From positions 2,914,001 through 2,978,000 of the forward strand of contig OZ320323.1 of NCBI GenBank assembly GCA_976226885.1: a stretch of 64,000 bases of DNA. The letters run 5' to 3'. The DNA is from Iphione sp. A-MEVVRFRX5 (lineage: Eukaryota). Below are positions 11,825-25,600 of the stretch, piece by piece; position 1 is the first letter of the stretch; each line of letters opens with the position of its first letter. Made by a program: the position numbers and the translations under genes. Below the pieces are notes generated by a model. It was given only the letters and a program-made list of their open reading frames with translations. It did no database searches and was not told the origin of the DNA.

Positions 11825-14800
11825 GTGAGTTCTTTCTTGTTCTCTGATTCCGTATGTTAGGATTAAATTGCTTCTATACAAGTACAGTTGATATCCTTTC
11901 TTGAGTATGTTTACATAGTCCCTGGAAACATCTTAGTACCGCTGTAGGAGGAGACTCTTTGAGTAAACAAACATCCATATGTTTGCTTTGACTTGCTGTT
12001 TCAGAGGAGTTATTTATTGGCGTTGTGGTTTTCTACGCTGTGCCCCGGAATGTGTACCAATAGCTTCATATTTGTGCTATTCATTTTGGTTATCATATAT
12101 CCAAACAGAGGCAAGCGATAAGGTTTAAATGTACACAACATTATATATTTTCGCTTGAAGCCGAACAGTATTTTGTGCAGCTGTAGTTGCCATTCAACGA
12201 GGCTCTACCACTGTACCAGCCCACTTTGCTGCACCCCAGCTTGGGTTCTGATATATGATGTGGTGTGATCTGAGACTTCCGAAAATCGTTTTGGTAAGGA
12301 CAAGTCGTCATGACAAGCCTGATAGTTTTATACGGGGAGGGGGCATTTCAGGCGTAAAGCTTGTAGATGTGTTATGTGTGTGTCAGTGTGTGTTGGGCAC
12401 AAAGACCGACCAGGTACCAATACTGGCCCGCTGGACGAAAGTGTCCAATGAGTGCTGCAAAAATAATTTTTTGTTCTGTTTGCCAGCAACACACACTTAA
12501 CCACATTCGCTGTTTGAGTGTTGTATTTCGGCTCATAACGGCGTATAGTATGGTACACTGGCAATAGACAAACGTATCTGTAATATTGTTATTGGGGACA
12601 GTACAATTTGCCTCGGGGCCAAGGTATAGTGGATATTAGGGTGTCTGGCGATTTCGGACCGCGACAGTTTCGGACCAGTGACCTCGGACTGGAATGGTAA
12701 ATTCGGACCACACGGTGACAGTGATTTCAGACCGCCGAGTGTGTACCACGAAAACCGACGACTGTAGCGCGAATATCATAGGTTATAAATAATTAAACCT
12801 CTCCACGTGGTGTTTGCGAGTAATGTGACACTCAGTGTGAGTAACACCTTTCAACTCTGACCTCTGAGTACTCACCTTCTTCATTGGAGCGCGGAAATCA
12901 CCGAAATCGGCGACTGTAGCGCAAAAATCTTGACACTGAATGTGAGTTGCAAATAAACTTCAGTGGATATTTTCCCCTTGTCACGACACTACTGCAAANN
13001 NNNNNNNNNNNNNNNNNNNNNNNNNNNNNNNNNNNNNNNNNNNNNNNNNNNNNNNNNNNNNNNNNNNNNNNNNNNNNNNNNNNNNNNNNNNNNNNNNNNN
13101 NNNNNNNNNNNNNNNNNNNNNNNNNNNNNNNNNNNNNNNNNNNNNACTGGTCCGTAATCACCGTGTCTGGTGTGAAATCACATGGTCTGAACTTAACAGA
13201 AAGGTGCGCAAATATTAATATTGTCTATCCATGTGAGGTATTTCTGGTACTTTGGGTTGAACTCCAGATTCAGTCCAACCAGTTTTCTCCTGTGTCATAG
13301 GTACCTTAAGCATTAGGCCTCTGGCCATTGCTAAGTGATGCCCTGTGCTGTGCATGGAAATTCTATGAGTTAAGTGTAAAACACGTAGATATCTCCTCTC
13401 AGCTGTCACTGTGACCTCCTGATGATTGAACGGTCAGTCTTAGTGAAACCTAGTAGAGTTCATATTCTGATCTTAGTGGGGATCAGCCCGGCTTAGACCA
13501 GGCCTGGCGAGTAGGAGTGTCACATCATAGATGGTTGTAGGTGTGTGGGCACGGAGATTGGAAGGGGTTTAGGTGCTGGAAACTGAGAGCCGTATAGGCA
13601 GCGAGGGAGACGGGGTGACAGAGGGAGTGTGATAGTCGTAGTAGATAAGGAGTGGGCTGGTAGGGATGAGGGGGAGGTTAGAATTTGACCCTCCTTCACC
13701 TTAATGCACATTCCAGTGTTGTTATCAGTGTTTTTCGGCAGAGATTATCTGGGAACAATATTTATTTTCCCCAAATAGCTCTTCACAGATAGTAATGCCA
13801 CCACATATGCAGGCCCTTTGAGTAGGAGATTGAGAATAACACCCCAGTGTTTTTTTCATCATTTACACCATAACCAACAAGTGCCACTGGATCATTTCCC
13901 GAGTGGTCACAAATATCTGTGAAGTTTTATGTATCATAGTGAAATAGGAAGTCATGGCATTGTGGAACAGATGAGATCGCGTGTATTTTGTGATGCAGTG
14001 GCTAAAGTACACAGGCAATCACTTGGAAACAGTTATTCCACCCTTTCGATGAAGCGTTAGCTTACACCACGGCACACCATGGCTGTTTCTCCCACCTGTA
14101 CTTCCTGTAATTTACACCTATCATGCCAGTGTGTTTTAATCACAGGTGATACTTTGCCAGCACGCACAACCGCTGCGCCACCTGTTGGCTCCTTTAAATG
14201 AATGAGGCATTTTTAGCTAATTTGATAAGCACCTTCAGTGTCCTAGACAATCCTGCTATTTTCACATCGCACAGATGTCTATCGACCCTTATGTCACACA
14301 ATAATGTTTCTGTAGATTTATTAGAAACCCGACAGTAACCGTTGTACCGGTGTTTTCTGTGCTGTACGTTACCTATATACCATCTGCCCCTTCTCAATAT
14401 ATTCCTGCACTATAGGAGCTCGTTGTAAGGAATTAGGATGAAGTATTATCTGTCAACAAACAGAATACTTCTCTCCATAGGTACTTACACAGGAGGCATG
14501 ACAACCACGTTCTGGTGGTCGTAATAGGGTAGTGTCTTTGCTCGTTCGTTTTCTTGTCAACTCATATAACCCGTAGTAACNNNNNNNNNNNNNNNNNNNN
14601 NNNNNNNNNNNNNNNNNNNNNNNNNNNNNNNNNNNNNNNNNNNNNNNNNNNNNNNNNNNNNNNNNNNNNNNNNNNNNNNNNNNNNNNNNNNNNNNNNNNN
14701 NNNNNNNNNNNNNNNNNNNNNNNNNNNNNNNNNNNNNNNNNNNNNNNNNNNNNNNNNNNNNNNNNNNNNNNNNNNNNNNNNNNNNNNNNNNNNNNNNNNN

Positions 14801-16562
14801 NNNNNNNNNNNNNNNNNNNNNNNNNNNNNNAAAAGTGGTTGCATTTGAGACGGGGTTGCCTTGCAGATAAACCATATGGCAGTTTTGCACATGTGTGTAT
14901 ATGAGCTACTCTTTGAATGCCTCTTCGGTGGCCGTTAGACCTGTATTCTTGTGCAACCTCAGAGTATAGACAGTGAAGTACACAGGCTAGGTCTGAAATA
15001 ATTGGTTTTGTATGTTGGGGACTTTCACTGGCATATTTATCGCACCTGCTTTGTATAAAACGAGGCAACGTTGATCTTCTGACTATCAAATGAATGGTAC
15101 AGGGGTAACTGGTGGGTGCTAGCTTAAAATATACCGGAAACAATTCTCAAAATAGGTCGAGCACTCCTGCCCAGTCCCTTCTTTTTATAATCTGGTAGAT
15201 AAAACAGATCACATAACAATTTAAAAAAAACCTTTACCATAAATATGCGTACCATTTGCTCCTATGAGAGTTATTCTTGTTGTCATAGGCAGGTTTGAAA
15301 ACCTCATTAATGATTGATATTTAACATCACGATGCTTTTAATAGAACATCACTAGGATACATGCGATCGGTCATTTGGGGCAAAGTTTCATGTGGAGAGT
15401 TGATTGTATTATTACTCTGAGGGCAAATTTTATCTCAAAACATAGAAGACCATTTTAAATTTGATATGTACCAGTTAGCTATTATCTCTTCTTTGAGCGA
15501 ACATATACTTCATTAGGTGCACCCATTTTCTTCTTACCTTATGGAAAATTTCCGCCCCAGCATAATGAACTACTATCACTGAGTCATAGTTGGCTATATT
15601 GTAACTGTGGGTTTAGCCTAAGGATTTACTCATCATTCTCTGTGGGAGCAGCGTATAGCTGGCTATATAGTAATCTTGGGTTCAGCCTAGTGATTTACTC
15701 ATTATTCTCTGGGAGCAGCGTATAGCTGGCTATATAGTAACTGTGGGTTCAGCCTAGTGATTTACTCATTATTCTCTGGGAGCAGCGTACAGCTGGCTAT
15801 ATAGTCACTGTGGGTTCAGCCTAGTGATTTACCCATTATTCTCTGGGAGCAGCGTATAGCTGGCTATATAGTAATTGTGGGTTCAGCCTAGTGATTTACC
15901 CATTATTCTCTGTGGGAGCAGCGTATAGCTGGCTATATTGTAACCGTGGGTTCAGATCTACTCATTATTCTCTGTGGGAGCAGCGTATAACTGGCTATAT
16001 AGTAACTGTGGGTTCAGCCTAGTAGTCTACTCATTATTCTCTGTGGGAGCAGCGTATAGCTGGCTATATAGTAACTGTGGGTTCAGCCCAGTAATCTACT
16101 CATTATTCTCTGTGGGAGCAGCGTATAGCTGGCTATATTGTAACTATGGGTTCAGCCCAGTAATTGACTCATTGTTCTCTGCTCCTCATACCATTGTTAG
16201 CTGGTCCATCAGCTCTCTGACTCGGCGCTATTTAATTGGGGACGTACAGGTATACTTGTGCTGACTAAGTAGATTGGTTCCATGATACCACTTCATTCTT
16301 GGAGGTTTCATTATCACAAAACTTTACTTCGGCCTAAAAAAATATCTGTGTTTCCAGTAACACGACTGACCCTGATTTTTCCTGCTTATGATTTTTTTGT
16401 AAATTGTTTTTTTCCCTAATATGTTGGAAATGAGTAAAGCTGTTTTTTCCTTAGGTCCTTGGCTTTTATATGGTTTCATTACACTCCAAGCATCAGTGTA
16501 GATTCAGGCTTGGACGATACTGTCAAGCTATTTCAGGCTTCCTTGACAACGACAACAACAAT

Positions 16563-16605
<43 letters not shown>

Positions 16606-19600
16606 GAACACCTGCCCACAGACCCTACATTTTTTCCGACCTGTTCCCAGAAGCAGATATTTTTGTCGTCCTTACTGTGATGGGTGGGATTACCTCCGCG
16701 TTGTCTAGATGTATTATGCAGATCAGGAAGCCCTATCCTATCGATGCAATATTAAACTTTTTAAGTTATCCTGAAAGAAGGGAGAAATTCACTCTGCCCA
16801 GATGTGATGAGACTTCAGGTGTGGCATTTCATCCAGCAAGCGCATTAGGAAACAAATAGTGATTATTATCAGAGGAGGCCATCAGATGCAAATCACCGAG
16901 TGGGGGGGGGGCCGGGGGGGTGTTGAGGAGACGCCCTCTGTAGGCAATGAAGTAGACAGCCCCACTCCTGTTCTAATGATAGAAGATTGGAGACAGGGCC
17001 TGGGAAGAACTGCCCGGAGGGCGGGGGCGAGGGGGGGGGGTTAATAGAAGATTGGAGATAGGGCCCGAGAAGGACTGCAAGGCTGGGGGTGGGGGGCGAG
17101 GAGTGGATGGGGAGAGAAGGGCTGCTGCTCTTTGCAGCTCTCAGATGCTCAATGTTGTTTCATTCATTCAAGCAGTGTCGGATCTATAAGATGCATAATT
17201 AANNNNNNNNNNNNNNNNNNNNNNNNNNNNNNNNNNNNNNNNNNNNNNNNNNNNNNNNNNNNNNNNNNNNNNNNNNNNNNNNNNNNNNNNNNNNNNNNNN
17301 NNNNNNNNNNNNNNNNNNNNNNNNNNNNNNNNNNNNNNNNNNNNNNNNNNNNNNNNNNNNNNNNNNNNNNNNNNNNNCTCTCACCCTCTTTCTTTCCTTT
17401 CTGTCTCTCCCTCCTCCTCTACTTTCTCCCCTCCTCTGTCTGTGTGTCTGTCTGTCTCTGTCTTCTCTCTTTCCCTTTCCTGTCCCTCTCCGCCTCNNNN
17501 NNNNNNNNNNNNNNNNNNNNNNNNNNNNNNNNNNNNNNNNNNNNNNNNNNNNNNNNNNNNNNNNNNNNNNNNNNNNNNNNNNNNNNNNNNNNNNNNNNNN
17601 NNNNNNNNNNNNNNNNNNNNNNNNNNNNNNNNNNNNNNNNNNNNNNNNNNNNNNNNNNNNNNNNNNNNNNNNNNNNNNNNNNNNNNNNNNNNNNNNNNNN
17701 NNNNNNNNNNNNNNNNNNNCAAGTGTAAGCTAGTCACGAGTTATTTTACGACCCTAGACCTCACTGTTGCAGATCGCCAGCTGCGCGAGGAAGAACTAGT
17801 TGTGTAGACCGCGTAAAAACTCACACAGGTTGAGAGTCACTATTAGATACATACAACATTTAAATATAAGGCCAGGACACTAGCATTCACAATGTATCCA
17901 GTATTCAATACTTGTACTTATATAGGCGTGTTGGTCTACAGTTTTGGTCTCCCTCGTAATAATTTTGAGCCAGGCAGTCAGCATAGATAGTTCCCTATTG
18001 AAACGAGAATTTCTGGTGAACAGAAAATTGTGTTGGTCATTACTTTGATGGGGGTTATTTACACTGATTGTCACAGTTCAAAAACGTGAAGCTGGATCCC
18101 CGCTGTGTTTCTGTACATAAAAACGTCCTCGAGCAGGCGTGCAGTAACACTGTAATGAATCATATATATATATATATATACTGTATATATACATAAACTG
18201 TGTTACTGTATAACTGTGTACCTACTCTCTACACTGTGAAAATCACCTCCTTGAGGTGACAAGTGGATAATAAATTATTTCTCATCTCATGTTTTCTAAG
18301 TAACAACTCAGAATCAAGACCAGAAATAAGATGAGATAACTTTGCCCTTCAATGTGAGTTTCTCTGCTCCCTGAATCGATTATATAGTAGGAAAGAAAAC
18401 CCATTGGGACCTGCCATCTGTGCCCTTAATTCTGAGTTGCTCTCCTAGTTGAGTCGACCACAAGTTGAGTAGCTCGGAGGGTTTTTTTATAGGCTGGGTT
18501 GAATAATAAAAGAGCGGATCGGTTCGGTTGTTATGTACCCGCCACCGATGTACATCTCCATGGAGACCAGCGTCACCGCCGCCGCCGCTGCTGCCAGCAG
18601 GAGGGAAAGATTGATAGTTAGTGTTACGTCTGCAATGTTGGCTGTCCAATCTAGGCATCTAAAGCAGAAGGTCAAAGGTGAACGGGGCCAATCCAGGCTT
18701 GTCTAGCAACGTCCGTCCCAGGCACCATGCACATGATTACAGGAAACGAGAAAAAAGATGTTTTGGCCTATGTAAGGCTGTTCTTTGTTTTAAAACAGGT
18801 GTTGATTCGAAGTTCTGGCAGATGGTTTAGGTTGCTGTTAAACGGCATTTTTTACTTGCAATATAGACAGGTTTTTGTGTTCACAAGTGTTTATTTGTAG
18901 GAAATGGTAGGGAAATGTATGGAATAGAAAATGTTGTTTCAGTAAATTTTACTGGCCGCACTGAGAGCTTTACATTACAGGAGATTTTTTTCTTAGTTTT
19001 TTTATAAATATACATATCTTCCCAGCATAATAATTTTCAAAGGAGACAAATTAAGGGCACTCCAGAACAAGACAGTAGGCATGACAACAACATTCTTTAT
19101 GTTATAACAGGGAAGCTTTTCTGTGCACCAACAGGCCAGATTTTTCGCCTCCTAAGTAGATTACAAGGGAAAACCACCTTAAATACGGTCCACTCTTAGT
19201 TAAAGACCAGATCACAGAGAAGTTTTGATTGAACCGCAATATTGTTTCTATTAAAAAGACAAAATACCACAGAGGAGACCAGACCGCAACAGAGACCAAA
19301 TTTCTCCACTTTTCGGGTTGTCTCCCAGGTGAGAGTGAACTAAATACGTCTCGAATAGGGACGTGCCTCTAATAGTGGCACATGTATATTGAGGAGTTGT
19401 AAGGTGGCCAGATGTCCCCTGCCCTTTAGAAATGCGTTAGAGTGTGACAGGGGGTAGATGTTCTTGTACTACTTGAATGGTATGCTACCCATAACAAAGT
19501 TTCTTAGTACGAATTGATTTTATAGAAAACATCGACAGTAGAAAACTGTAGTGCTCCCTGGACAAACCTTAGGAGCACACATCCACGCCTCTAATAAGGA

Positions 19601-22600
19601 CACTCTCGGAAGGAACATATTGTATATGTGATAGGAAAGAACCAAGGGTGTCCTGATTAGCAGTGCCTTCCGACAGGTACTTCATTCACAGAGGAGAGCG
19701 TGTACATCTGTGTTTGCAGCCAACAACCCGTCGGCTCACCGCACCACGCAGTACGAGAAGCTGGCCCAGGACCCCAGCGACAACGAGGAGGAGGACGACG
19801 TGCTCTTCCGCCAGGGCAACGGCCTGGAGGTCACCGGGGTCACCAAGTTACAGAACGGCATCAGCAAGAACAAGCACGCCACCAGCAATGGCAACCAGGT
19901 AAGGAAATCTCCTGAAGGGGAGGCTCGAAAGGAACGTCTATATGATTTCTCCTTTTTTCCCATTATTTCTCTCAAACAAGGTTGATAGAGAGTGGCCTCA
20001 GGAGATAAAACAACTAAGAAAACCAGCTGTCCAGAAGAGGTTTCCTTCTCAGTGGATTCATTAACACAGGTGTACCCCGTACCAATGTGGTGTGGTTTGG
20101 TTACCAGTGGTGTGGTTTGGTACCATCATCTTACCATTGTTAGCTTCCCCAAGTGATTGTCTTTACTCTTCTTGCTTCATTGTATCATGAAAAGCTCCCT
20201 CTATTTTATCTATACGGAGATGATCAATAAACTCAGTTTCAATTATTCCTAGGTACCTTCACCTTACCACTGACACCCTCACCCCATCACTCCATGGTAC
20301 AGTTACCTTTACCACTGTCACCTTTCTCCCTAGGAAACCATCGAGATGGACACCATGCCTACCATTCACACAGCCCGGCGGGTCAGGAGTGACGTCAAGG
20401 TGCGTCTTGTACAAACAGGCCTCCTGACGCGCACGCGCATTGCCTGCTTCATCACTGTCCTCCTGACTGGGATCGGTATCGCCTTCGGCTTCGCCTTCAT
20501 CCTCCCCTACTTCACGGTGGGAGTCCAGCATCCCATGCTGAAGGCCTTCCATCGCAGTGCTCCCTGGACACACCTCCTGTCTGAGCTAGGTAAGGCTGAT
20601 TCATATACGCGCACATGCCTTCATACTCCCCACTTCACGGTTGGAGTCCAGCATCCCATGCTGAAGGCTTTCCATCGCAGTGCTCCCTGGACACACCTCC
20701 TGTCTGAGCTAGGTAAGGCTGATTCATATACATGCACATGCCTTCATACTCCCCTACTTCACGGTGGGAGTCCAGCATCCCATGCTGAAGGCTTTCCATC
20801 GCAGTGCTCCCTGGACACACCTCCTGTCTGAGCTAGGTAAGGCTGATTCATATACATGCACATGCCTTCATACTCCCCTACTTCACGGTGGGAGTCCAGC
20901 ATCCCATGCTGAAGGCCTTCCATCGCAGTGCTCCCTGGACACACCTCCTGTCTGAGCTAGGTAAGGCTGATTCATATACACGCACATGCCTTCATCCTTC
21001 CCTACTTCACGGTGGGAGTCCAGCATCCCATGCTGAAGGCCTTCCATCGGAGTGCTCCCTGGACACACCTCCTGTCTGAGCTAGGTAAGGCTGATTCATA
21101 TACACATACACACCTTCATACTTCTCTACTTCACGGTGGGAGTCCAGCATCCCATGCTGAAGGCCTTCCATCGGAGTGCTCCCTGGACACACCTCCTGTC
21201 TGAGCTAGGTAAGGCTGATTCATATACACATACACACCTTCATACTTCCCTACTTCACGGTGGGAGTCCAGCATCCCATGCTGAAGGCCTTCCATCGGAG
21301 TGCTCCCTGGACACACCTCCTGTCTGAGCTAGGTAAGGCTGATTCATATACACATACACACCTTCATACTCCTCTACTTCACGGTGGGAGTCCAGCATCC
21401 CATGCTGAAGGCCTTCCATCGGAGTGCTCCCTGGACACACCTCCTGTCTGAGCTAGGTAAGGTTGATTCATATACACATACACACCTTCATACTCCTCTA
21501 CTTCACGGTGGGAGTCCAGCATCCCATGTTGAAGGCCTTCCATCGCAGTGCTCCCTGGACACACCTTCTGTCTGAGCTAGGTAAGATTTGTACATGCGCA
21601 TCCTTTCGCTGAAAAGGGAGAGCCCAGTCTACATACATAGCTTCTCTCCAAAATATGTAAGGGTAATTTATATACATATATACACCTCCTGTCTGAAATA
21701 GGCAAGACCAGTTGAAAAACACACATCTTTTTGAAATAAGTGTGGCTAGTTTACATTCACAAATTCTGTTCAGAATAGGCAAGGGTAATATGTGTACGCA
21801 ACTTATGTTTCCTGTCTCATGTGATCTGTATGATTCGTAAGGAACTGAGCTGGCTACGCAGCTGCTTGGCATTGATGGTAACAGTCATATTTGTTTGTTT
21901 TAATTATTTGAAATGACTTATTTTTATTTATGGCGTGTAAAAGGACCTAGTTGGCAGGGTGTCTGCTGGAGTTGTGGTAGTCTTGTTTACTTGCTTTCCA
22001 GGTGTCGATGGTGATGGTCATACTTATGTATTTAAAATGTTTTTGAGTATGTATTTCTTTTTATTTCATTTTGATTTCTTAGGGACCCAGTCTGCTGTGT
22101 GACTGCTCAGTGTCGATGGTGATGGTCATGTTTACTTATATAAATTGTTATTAATCTATTTTTATATATGTTTATTTATGATTTATTAGGAACTGAGTCT
22201 GCTGTGCGACTGCTTGATGTCAATGGTGGTGATGATCATGTTTACTTATATAAATCATTATTAATTTATTTTATATATGTTTATGTGTGATTTATAAGGG
22301 ACTGAGTCTGCTGTGTGGATGCTCAATGTCGATGGTGATGGTCATGTTTACTTATATAAATTGTTATTAATTTGATTTGTGATTTATAAGGGACTGAGTC
22401 TGCTGTGAGACTGCTTGATGTCAATGGTGATGGTCATGTTTACTTATATAGATCGTTATTAATCTATTTTAATATATGTTTATTTGTGATTTATTAGGGA
22501 CTGAGTCTGCAGTGCGACTGCTCGATGTCGATGGGGATGGTCGTCAGGACGTCCTGTTTGGTACCATGCAGGAGTTTGGGTTTAGGGTCAGCACCACAGA

Positions 22601-25600
22601 CATGATGGAAACCCTCTGTAAGCAGAAAAGTAAGTCTGAACGCCATTAACGGTTACTTTTCTACTCTTATTACTTATTAGTGAACAAGGACAAAACATTC
22701 ATCTTATCAGTAATCATACGTTTTCAAAGGCCTTCAGTTTTCAATGTATAATTTAAGTTCATACCTTTTCTTTCATTGAAAAAAACAACTCATTTCTAAC
22801 TTTTTATTGTGTTGTGAGCTTCACTACTGGAGACAGCTCGACCCACGTGACCTGCTTGTTTTCAGACCTGCCCTTTCCCTGCGTGGGGATGATCATTGCC
22901 TTGCGGGGCACAGATGGCACTGAGCTCTGGCGTCTCATGACGTACTCCGGCGTCACAGACCTGGACTGTGACGTCATTGACGTCAATTTGGACGGCCGCA
23001 AAGACTGTATTGCCACTGGGCGAATGGGAACCTTGATGGCGTTCGATGTCAGAAATGGTGAGAATAAAAACCAGACAGCCCGTCGGTTTTCCTGTCAGTC
23101 AGTCTGTCAGTCTGTGTGTCTGTCTGTTTGTCTCTCAGTCTGTTTGTTTGTCTTTTGTCTGCTTATTAAGTTACGTAAATTATGTTTCTTTTATTGTGAG
23201 TTGAAGGTTTAACGCCAAACCTCAACAACAGAGCATTATTAGATTCCTCTATTCATTCTATTATTTTTTTTCATGGGTATTACATGTATACTTTTCTAGT
23301 CAACCATATGTGCATGTACTGCAGAGGTCTGAGGTCAGAGGTCAGGTTAATTCTACCAGACAATCTGTTGTACCCCAGATAATGAAGTTTCTGGCAGTGA
23401 AGCTTTTTGCACAGAACACATTCACTTTGTTAACGGAGGGTGTACCTCTATTCAGTAGGCCCTATTGCATCTGTCTCCACCCACCAGTGGACATCATAGA
23501 AATCTGTCAGCCAGTATGTTTTCATCTATGCAGGTACGGTTCTCTGGCACGGCGACTCAAAGAACCTCTTCCGGACGTGGAACTTTTATAACCCAGCAGT
23601 GCTGCCTGACCTTGATCAAGATGGCGTGCCTGAGCTGCTCGTTACCCATGGTGGAGACGATGCCTTCCCACACGCGGTGAGTAAATGCACTTAGACTCAT
23701 CTGTCAGTAGACCGTGACTGCTTGGTGTACTTGATTGGCCTCACTGCCTCTTCTGGATGGTAACCTCCTTCACCACTGTACTGTGACTACTAGTGATAAT
23801 AGGCTCTTTACCTCTCGGGCCACTGGACCGTAACCTGCTGGTATGAATGTATGTGTACCACTAGTGATACTAGGCTGGCTAACTTTCAAAACACTGGACC
23901 GTGACATGTTTGTATGAGTGTATATGTACCATTAGTGATACTAGACTGGTTTAAGTCTAGAATCACTGGACCATGACTTGTTTGTGTGAGCGTGTGTGCA
24001 CCACTAGCGATACTAGACTGGTTTAATTCTAGAATCACTGGACCATGACTTGTTTGTGTGAGCGTGTGTGCACCACTAGCGATACTAGACTGCGATACTA
24101 GACTGGTTTAATTCTAGAATCACTGGACCATGACTTGTTTGTGTGAGCGTGTGTGCACCACTAGTGATACTTGGCAGGTTACCTCTCAATTCACTAGACT
24201 GTGATCTGCTTATGTGAGTGTATGTGTACTACTAGTGATCATTTTAATGTGAATTATATCTTTCCATTTTTATACTGAAATCATCCTGATTCACCGAAGT
24301 GATTTGCTTTCAGTTGGTTAAAGTCAGTGTTTCTTGCACGGAAGCCACAAACAATATTATTTAGGTTATTTTAGAACTTAAAATCCTAGTGCTTCGACTC
24401 CATTTAGTGACTCGATTGAATTAGCAATACTGTAGTGTGTTTGTTTTGGTGTTTTAGCTTTGTAAGTAAAGTTTGGTTTGTGAATAATGTTGCGAGTGTT
24501 TTTACATTGTTGTGTATGTGTACCTAGAAATACACACGTTTTTCATGTGTAGTGTTCATGTAGTCATGTTTTGTTTTATGAATGTTGTATTGTTTGCTAG
24601 CACGCAGTCTTGTGTCGTCATATTTATGATTTATGTTGTTTTTGTCACATCAGCCTGTCTTTCATCCGTGGCGGTTTCAGAGGTAAATATGCCATCTTAA
24701 TGGTCGCCATCGTTTCATCGCTTTCTGTTAAGGTTCCCTAGAAGAAATTAACATCATTTGTTGAGAGTTCCCAAACTAATTATGTGGTGCACTGTTAGTT
24801 TTGATGTGTTTGTTTCTCTTAGAATCTTCCTCCACATGAAACATACTTCAGAAAAGCATGCTGGGTTGATATTGGTGCTTTTCTCTAGTATTAACTTAAT
24901 TAATGGGGAGAATAAGGTGGTAGTTTTCTTTAGTAACATGCTTATTGTCTCCGCACTCCAAGATGAGTTTGGATCCTTAGGATAACTACTGTCTGACCTT
25001 CCATCACAGCATTGTGGGTCTTATAACTTCTCTTAAGTCAAGTAAATCAAACGTTGGATACTATGCTTATACTCATATAGACACTTGCTACTAGCTTATT
25101 TCTAATCCATTTGAAGTAATTTAAAAGTAATTTTAATTTAAAATATTTCAACATATTCTGCCCACCAACACACACACAAATACACACTCACCGTGTGGGG
25201 TGTAACATTGTGCACTCAGGCATATGATTCATTATGCAAGTGTGGTGGTGATAGGTAGTAGAAATGTGTGGGACAATAGACCTTGAAGGTTCACTCTCTT
25301 GTCTATCCGGGGATTGGACTTTAGAGACCACAAGGATACAGAGACTCATTCATATATAATCCATATAACATAGGCTGTAACCTCCTTGATATTACCTCCT
25401 ACAGATACTGTCACTCCCGTCTGTGAGCCGCCAAACACCCATTTCCATGCCCCCCCCTTGATAAAATGTACGCTGAGGCCGTAATTCACTATAAAATCCT
25501 TTATCACCCAGGGTCCCTGCTCAGCCAGACTGAATTCACTGTAAACATTTTGGTCAAACCGGACTTGAACTTCGGGATGTTACGTCCTTAAAATGCATAT

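Noticed and set aside
15595-16180. Regular repeats (also 20505-21586, 26555-27260, 50460-51105) as CRISPR arrays
   Set aside because: Units are contiguous with no unique spacers, there are no cas genes, and the context is a spliced eukaryotic locus.
16454-16859. Poly-Thr / poly-Asn ORFs after a good-looking acceptor as a FAM234 or nested-gene exon
   Set aside because: Driven by an (AAC)n microsatellite; in the phase required by exon 1 the frame stops after 15 codons; no recognisable homology.
20635-21575. Series of 61-63 aa ORFs on both strands at 124-bp spacing
   Set aside because: They are translations of the exon 3 donor tandem array, not separate genes.
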